Shown here: positions 59,709-64,000 of the stretch, piece by piece
Layout: each line of letters opens with the position of its first letter
Position numbering within the stretch: position 1 is the first letter of the stretch
Assembly (NCBI GenBank): GCA_046754065.1
Contig: JBHHVB010000008.1
Span: 2,497-66,496, forward strand
Direction of reading: 5' to 3'
Source: Gammaproteobacteria bacterium
GTDB taxonomy: Bacteria > Pseudomonadota > Gammaproteobacteria > SZUA-140
DNA length: 64,000 bases
The notes under the pieces: generated by a model
What the model saw: the letters and a program-made list of their open reading frames with translations, nothing else
Told to the model about the DNA's origin: nothing
The model's database searches: none
Program-made: the position numbers and the translations under genes

Positions 59709-61596
59709 GGGATGTTTCACTCCATGGGTTGAAATTAGATTTTAATCTGCTGAGCACCTTTTCCCTGTTTTTGTAAGTAAACCATAAGCCGGCTATCAAT
59801 AATCCATTAAAGATTATCACTTGAGATGCCACGATTAGCCAATTAGGATCGCTGCCTTCATCAGGATTTTCATTGTCGGCAGGAATATCCTCCTGTTCTG
59901 ATTCAGACGTCAGTTCTGCTTCATCGATAACATGCTCACCATTTTCAGGTATATCCGTGGCGTCGTGTTCTTTTAATGAAGCTATTTCTTCGGCAAAGAT
60001 TTCGTTGTCCTCTTCAGAGCCACCAAAATACAATGGCCCCGTTCGCTTGGTGACAGGCTTTCCACTGCTGCGTTCGCCGGAGATATTCAGCATGATTTTA
60101 TGCCTGGTGTCATGAGAATATTCGTTCAAATCCAGTTGCCATTCCGTTTCACTCGCGCGTGTGACCGGATGGTGACTACTCTCTCCATTTGCGTCCGTAA
60201 TGTCCGCTTCAATCTGCATGCTGTCCGGATCGATCATGCCAGACCGAGGGGTAACAACGATACGCTCGAAAACGGCGTCCTCGTGTTCATTGTAATACTC
60301 ACTGATTCCAGTAATGACTGGGCTGTCATACACGTTTATAGTTTGCCGATGAGTTCTCTGGAATGTTGTACCATCGATGTCTACTATCAGCTCATGCCTG
60401 CCTTCTACCAGGGTATCATCGAGGATGATGCTGTAGGTACCATCATCACGTTCCTCGTCTGCTCTCCGTCCATTGTCAAGGAGTGTCCAGGCCCAGATTT
60501 CACCGCCTTGCTGCTTTTGCGTTAGCTTTACCTGAATAAAATGCAGAAAGTCCTTCTCTTTGATAATGCCATCCCGCTGGGTTAGCGTAACGAGAAAGGT
60601 ATATTTATCACCCAGGCTTATGTTGTTTGGCAGGTCCGTTGTAATGGTGCGTAGGTTGGTAATGACCATGACACGATTGTCAGGATCGGATTTGGCATTC
60701 ACTTTCCATTCGCCCACTATTGGACTGTCTATCGTAATCAGGTTATATCGTTCTTCGTGATGCCAGTTGACGTTTTCGGATATCGAGTCTTCTGAAAAGG
60801 TGCTGCCATCTGGCCTGGTGACGATCAGTGGCTCGTCATCAGTTGAGCGGAAGATTAATAATGTTAATTCTTTGATGCTGTCATCAACCAGTACCTTGTT
60901 TTCTACAAGCGGAAGCATATCCGGATTCGCAGCCTTCTCAAACATACGTAAAAAGATTCGTTCGAGTCCGTCTGCTGTTTTTGCCTTTTCATGCCAACCG
61001 TCGGTGGTTGCTGCCAGTTGTTTTAACAACACCTCATCGGCCTCACCGGATAGTGCTATCGTATGAATCGTAACGCCCGCTTTTTTTAGTCGAGGTAATA
61101 TTGAACTGATGATCCGTTCGCGGGATTGATCGTTTAGGCGAGAATTTTTTGAAATATCAACCAAACCGTCGGTAAGAAGGATGACGCTGCGTTGTTGTGT
61201 TTTATCGGGTTCCTTCCAGTTCCATGTCGATTTATCGAGAGCTTCTTCAATATGGGTAAACAGACCTTTGGAGTGAATTTCACTGGCGGCATTTTTGGCA
61301 TTGGTTTTCCAGGACTTATCAACTCGATCATAGGGAACAAGCATATTCACAAATTTACCAAAGGTCCAAACACCTGCGCTGGTGCCGGTTGGGAGCAGGC
61401 TGGTAAGCATGCGCAGGGCCGGTCTGCGTAAATTCTCAGGGTCGTTCCATTTCATGCTGCCGGAGACATCGATGAGAATTCTAATATCACTCGTTGCCTG
61501 GGGTTCTGGTGGCTCGACAGACCATGCAGATGGAACCACCGAGAAAAATATCCACAGTGCAGATAAGGTCAGCTTCTTTCCTTGCTTCAGATACAA
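59701..61596 (-). CDS. Exported VWA-domain protein with C-terminal TM anchor
   Basis: Signal peptide, DVSGSM..NDP.NLR MIDAS, LTDG, DNG...D...DDGTYS motif, C-terminal TM. Start codon uncertain. Confidence 0.8.
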   Translation of the reverse strand: MYLKQGKKLTLSALWIFFSVVPSAWSVEPPEPQATSDIRILIDVSGSMKWNDPENLRRPALRMLTSLLPTGTSAGVWTFGKFVNMLVPYDRVDKSWKTNAKNAASEIHSKGLFTHIEEALDKSTWNWKEPDKTQQRSVILLTDGLVDISKNSRLNDQSRERIISSILPRLKKAGVTIHTIALSGEADEVLLKQLAATTDGWHEKAKTADGLERIFLRMFEKAANPDMLPLVENKVLVDDSIKELTLLIFRSTDDEPLIVTRPDGSTFSEDSISENVNWHHEERYNLITIDSPIVGEWKVNAKSDPDNRVMVITNLRTITTDLPNNISLGDKYTFLVTLTQRDGIIKEKDFLHFIQVKLTQKQQGGEIWAWTLLDNGRRADEERDDGTYSIILDDTLVEGRHELIVDIDGTTFQRTHRQTINVYDSPVITGISEYYNEHEDAVFERIVVTPRSGMIDPDSMQIEADITDANGESSHHPVTRASETEWQLDLNEYSHDTRHKIMLNISGERSSGKPVTKRTGPLYFGGSEEDNEIFAEEIASLKEHDATDIPENGEHVIDEAELTSESEQEDIPADNENPDEGSDPNWLIVASQVIIFNGLLIAGLWFTYKNREKVLSRLKSNFNPWSETSHE

Positions 61597-61856
61597 AATC
61601 CGGTTTCCCTGATTACCAATTAATCTAACTATCGGCTTAACTAATTGATTCTTTATATGATTATATACACGGATTTATCATACCGTCGGTATATTATCCA
61701 TGCCTTGAATATTAGTGTTGTTTTTATTGTTCAACCTAGAAAAACCAAGTAAAACAGTAGGATAATGAGGCTGTGATTGGGATGATAATCGTATTGGTGC
61801 TGATTTGATAAATTGCTATAAGTCCTTATTAAATAAAGGGAAATAGGAAAATAAAG

Positions 61857-61886
61857 TTGCGCTATACCCGACCGGTTTGCTATGTT
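61857..61886 (+). promoter_or_regulatory. Candidate sigma70 promoter for small ORF 1
   Basis: TTGCGC-N18-TATGTT with a TGn extended -10. Confidence 0.45.
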
Positions 61887-61944
61887 ACCTGGGCTTTATT
61901 GAATTTGTAAATATTAATAGTCTGACAATTGGGAGAGAAGAATA

Positions 61945-62049
61945 ATGTCACAAAAATCAGCAAGTGATCACGATACGTTATTGGTAGTGGCTATTGGTAC
62001 CATTGTTTTGTCACTAGGACTTTTCGCTGTAAACGTGCTTGCGGCATAA
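61945..62049 (+). CDS. 34-aa single-TM small protein (not in ORF track)
   Basis: GGGAGA RBS, MSQKSASDHDTLLVVAIGTIVLSLGLFAVNVLAA*. Confidence 0.6.
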   Translation: MSQKSASDHDTLLVVAIGTIVLSLGLFAVNVLAA

Positions 62050-62067
62050 GTAGTCCGACGTCTGGGC

Positions 62068-62087
62068 GGTCCCACTTGTGTGGGACC
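62068..62087. terminator. Hairpin between convergent genes
   Basis: GGTCCCAC-ttgt-GTGGGACC, no U-tract. Confidence 0.5.
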
Positions 62088-62088
62088 A

Positions 62089-63123
62089 TCACGACAAAAG
62101 GCTTTTCTTACCGGCTCTTAAACCTAGTTGTAATATATGCTGAATAAACATTTCATAATCTAATCCTGCGGTGTTTGCAGAATGTGCGCATTCCTCATTA
62201 TGCGCGATGGCAGGGTTAGGATTGGCCTCCAGCATAAACACCTTACCGTCAGGTTGAAGACGTAAATCAAACCGGGCGTAGCCATTTAAGTCTAGTATCC
62301 TGTACGCACGCTTGCATAGGCTAGAAATTTTGTTTGTTAGCTCCGCGGGCAGTTTATTAACCGCTTCGTAACTAATATTCCAGCGATCTCGATACTTCTC
62401 GTTCCACTTCACGCGAGAGGTTGCAATGGGAATGATTTGATCGTTGTCCTGATTGAATATAAGTTCCCTGAATGGCCAGACGGTGAGCCGCTTGTTGCCA
62501 ATAACAGTGACGTAAAGCTCTCTGCCATCGATATACTGCTCTGCAATTGCGTGGCCCTGTCTGCTTTCATGGATCATTTGAACACGTTCCATTAATTGTT
62601 GTTCGTTCTCGATGTATGATGCCTGAGAAATGCCTGCAGATCCTTCTTCCATCAGAGGCTTTACGATCATTGGAAATACAAGCTTTCCCGGCAGTTTGAT
62701 TTTCCGATCCTTATTAAAAACGTGAAATTTTGGCACATTGATATGATGGTGAGAAAAAAGTATTTTCGATAAGGATTTATCGCGTGCCAGTAAAAGCCCT
62801 CTGGGATTACACCCTGTATAGGGCAATTTCATCATTTCCAGGTAACTCACTACGTAATAATCGAAGGCTGGATTACCTGCAAACTCTTCCAGTAAATTAA
62901 AAACGATATCGGGTTGCCAGGTGTTTATCGCATCTCTTATCGGTGTAAGGTCATCGTCTGCGCCGACTACTTTTACTTCGTGCCCCAGCGCGAGCAGGGC
63001 CGACTTAACGTCGAATTCAGTTAGAAATGTATTTATTCGCGGATCCTCTGGCGAATCCAGGTCTTCCGGTGGCACCAGCGTGTGGTGCACCAGCATCATT
63101 ACTTTTAACTTTTTTTTATCCAT
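62089..63123 (-). CDS. D-Ala-D-Ala ligase-like ATP-grasp enzyme
   Basis: FNLLEEF, PYTG, DK.LSK, IVKP..E.GS.GI, EQYIDGRE, GYARFD.R, LEANPNP. Confidence 0.85.
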   Translation of the reverse strand: MDKKKLKVMMLVHHTLVPPEDLDSPEDPRINTFLTEFDVKSALLALGHEVKVVGADDDLTPIRDAINTWQPDIVFNLLEEFAGNPAFDYYVVSYLEMMKLPYTGCNPRGLLLARDKSLSKILFSHHHINVPKFHVFNKDRKIKLPGKLVFPMIVKPLMEEGSAGISQASYIENEQQLMERVQMIHESRQGHAIAEQYIDGRELYVTVIGNKRLTVWPFRELIFNQDNDQIIPIATSRVKWNEKYRDRWNISYEAVNKLPAELTNKISSLCKRAYRILDLNGYARFDLRLQPDGKVFMLEANPNPAIAHNEECAHSANTAGLDYEMFIQHILQLGLRAGKKSLLS

Positions 63124-63309
63124 GATGTATTGGTGGTTAAAAGGCGGCGAGCAACCAAAGCATCATACTATGGGTGTCAAGCAAGCCTCGGAATCGATTA
63201 CCTAGATACAGATAAATTGGTGAACTATTTCTGGCATCGGATATCGAAACCAGTAGGCAATCACGCAACAACCGAGTAATTAAGTCAGGTAATAACATTA
63301 CAAATAGTA

Positions 63310-63338
63310 TTGACTTATATCCGTGACTTTACTAAGGT
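63310..63338 (+). promoter_or_regulatory. Candidate sigma70 promoter for small ORF 2
   Basis: TTGACT-N17-TAAGGT. Confidence 0.5.
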
Positions 63339-63406
63339 ATTGGCTGTTTTAAAACAGGTAAAACTACTAAGAAAAATCCACACGACAGCGATGTATGGAG
63401 GTTAAC

Positions 63407-63502
63407 ATGCCAGATAGAGACGCAACTTCGGATGATGCACTCATCGTAATTTATATAGCGATTGTAACATTTGCATTAGGTATGCTTGGAATGTCCTTCT
63501 GA
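63407..63502 (+). CDS. 31-aa single-TM small protein (not in ORF track)
   Basis: GGAGG RBS, MPDRDATSDDALIVIYIAIVTFALGMLGMSF*. Confidence 0.62.
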   Translation: MPDRDATSDDALIVIYIAIVTFALGMLGMSF

Positions 63503-63531
63503 TTTTTCAGACGGGAATTTCAGAATTCCTT

Positions 63532-63571
63532 AAACAAAAAGGCCCTCAATCATGAGGGCCTTTTTGTTTTT
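63532..63571. terminator. Rho-independent terminator after small ORF 2
   Basis: AAACAAAAAGGCCCTCA-atca-TGAGGGCCTTTTTGTTT. Confidence 0.88.
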
Positions 63572-63649
63572 GCCTGCAGGTCACCATTTCGACTTGTTCG
63601 TGGGTATAATTTACGCTAACAGGCCAAAGTATATTCATGAATAAATTGT

Positions 63650-64000
63650 ATGAAATTGCAAAGAAAATTATTAGAGATTCTTTCCGATGGTTGTTTTCAC
63701 TCCGGACAGCAATTGGGTGAGTCATTAGGTGTGTCACGCAGTGCGATCTGGAAACAAATAAAAAATTTCACGGAACAAAACGTTGAAGTTCATGCGGTAA
63801 GAGGCAAGGGTTATCGACTTGCCAAGCCTATAGAATTGCTGGATCAATCAAAAATACTTGGGTTTATGGATTCAGCTGCGCATCCGTTACTGGGTAAACT
63901 CGAGATTCACCAGGTAATTGATTCTACAAATCGTTATCTCATGTTAAAGGCCAACACAGGCATGCCCTCCGGCTATGCCTGCTTCGCAGAATCTCAGCAG
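63650..64000 (+). CDS. birA: Bifunctional biotin ligase/repressor BirA, 5' part (truncated by window edge)
   Basis: MKLQRKLLEILSDGCFHSGQQLGESLGVSRSAIWKQI..RGKGYRL..IDSTN..AESQ. Confidence 0.93.
   Translation, partial: MKLQRKLLEILSDGCFHSGQQLGESLGVSRSAIWKQIKNFTEQNVEVHAVRGKGYRLAKPIELLDQSKILGFMDSAAHPLLGKLEIHQVIDSTNRYLMLKANTGMPSGYACFAESQQ

Noticed and set aside
62089-63123. Housekeeping ddl or a vancomycin-resistance ligase
   Set aside because: Lacks the GG.S.E and HG..GEDG motifs and is not in a dcw or van context; only ATP-grasp membership is supported.

Overview
Mostly core chromosome of a gammaproteobacterium with Pseudomonas-like synteny: rpmA(3')-obgE-proB, rpsT, murJ-ribF-ileS-lspA-ispH, a type IV minor-pilin operon (fimT-pilV-pilW-pilX-orf-pilY1-pilE), thiO, tRNA-Thr, ampDE, a riboswitch-controlled B12-salvage region, an arsS/glycosyltransferase (arsenosugar-type) cluster, three-gene pnt, an ECF sigma/anti-sigma pair, tRNA-Gly, pyrK/pyrC'/pyrB/pyrR, yqgF/yqgE, tonB, an apbE module, gshB/gshA, a Pil-Chp operon, rsmE, bioA, a peroxiredoxin, and birA(5'). 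The most unusual signals are: (1) three 71-75 nt four-hairpin elements with covarying stems, inserted at the T-loop TT^CGA of duplicated tRNA-Gly copies; (2) a Pil-Chp operon whose ORFs are all open but whose catalytic and phosphorelay residues are largely gone, with pilH missing; (3) two apparently paralogous 31-34 aa membrane peptides, absent from the ORF track, each with a promoter, RBS and hairpin, flanking an ATP-grasp gene; (4) a membrane-anchored (EP)33 protein ending in a FliM/CheZ-like peptide; (5) a UshA-like CGC domain fused to a tetraheme cytochrome. All family assignments come from motif recognition by eye; no database searches were run.
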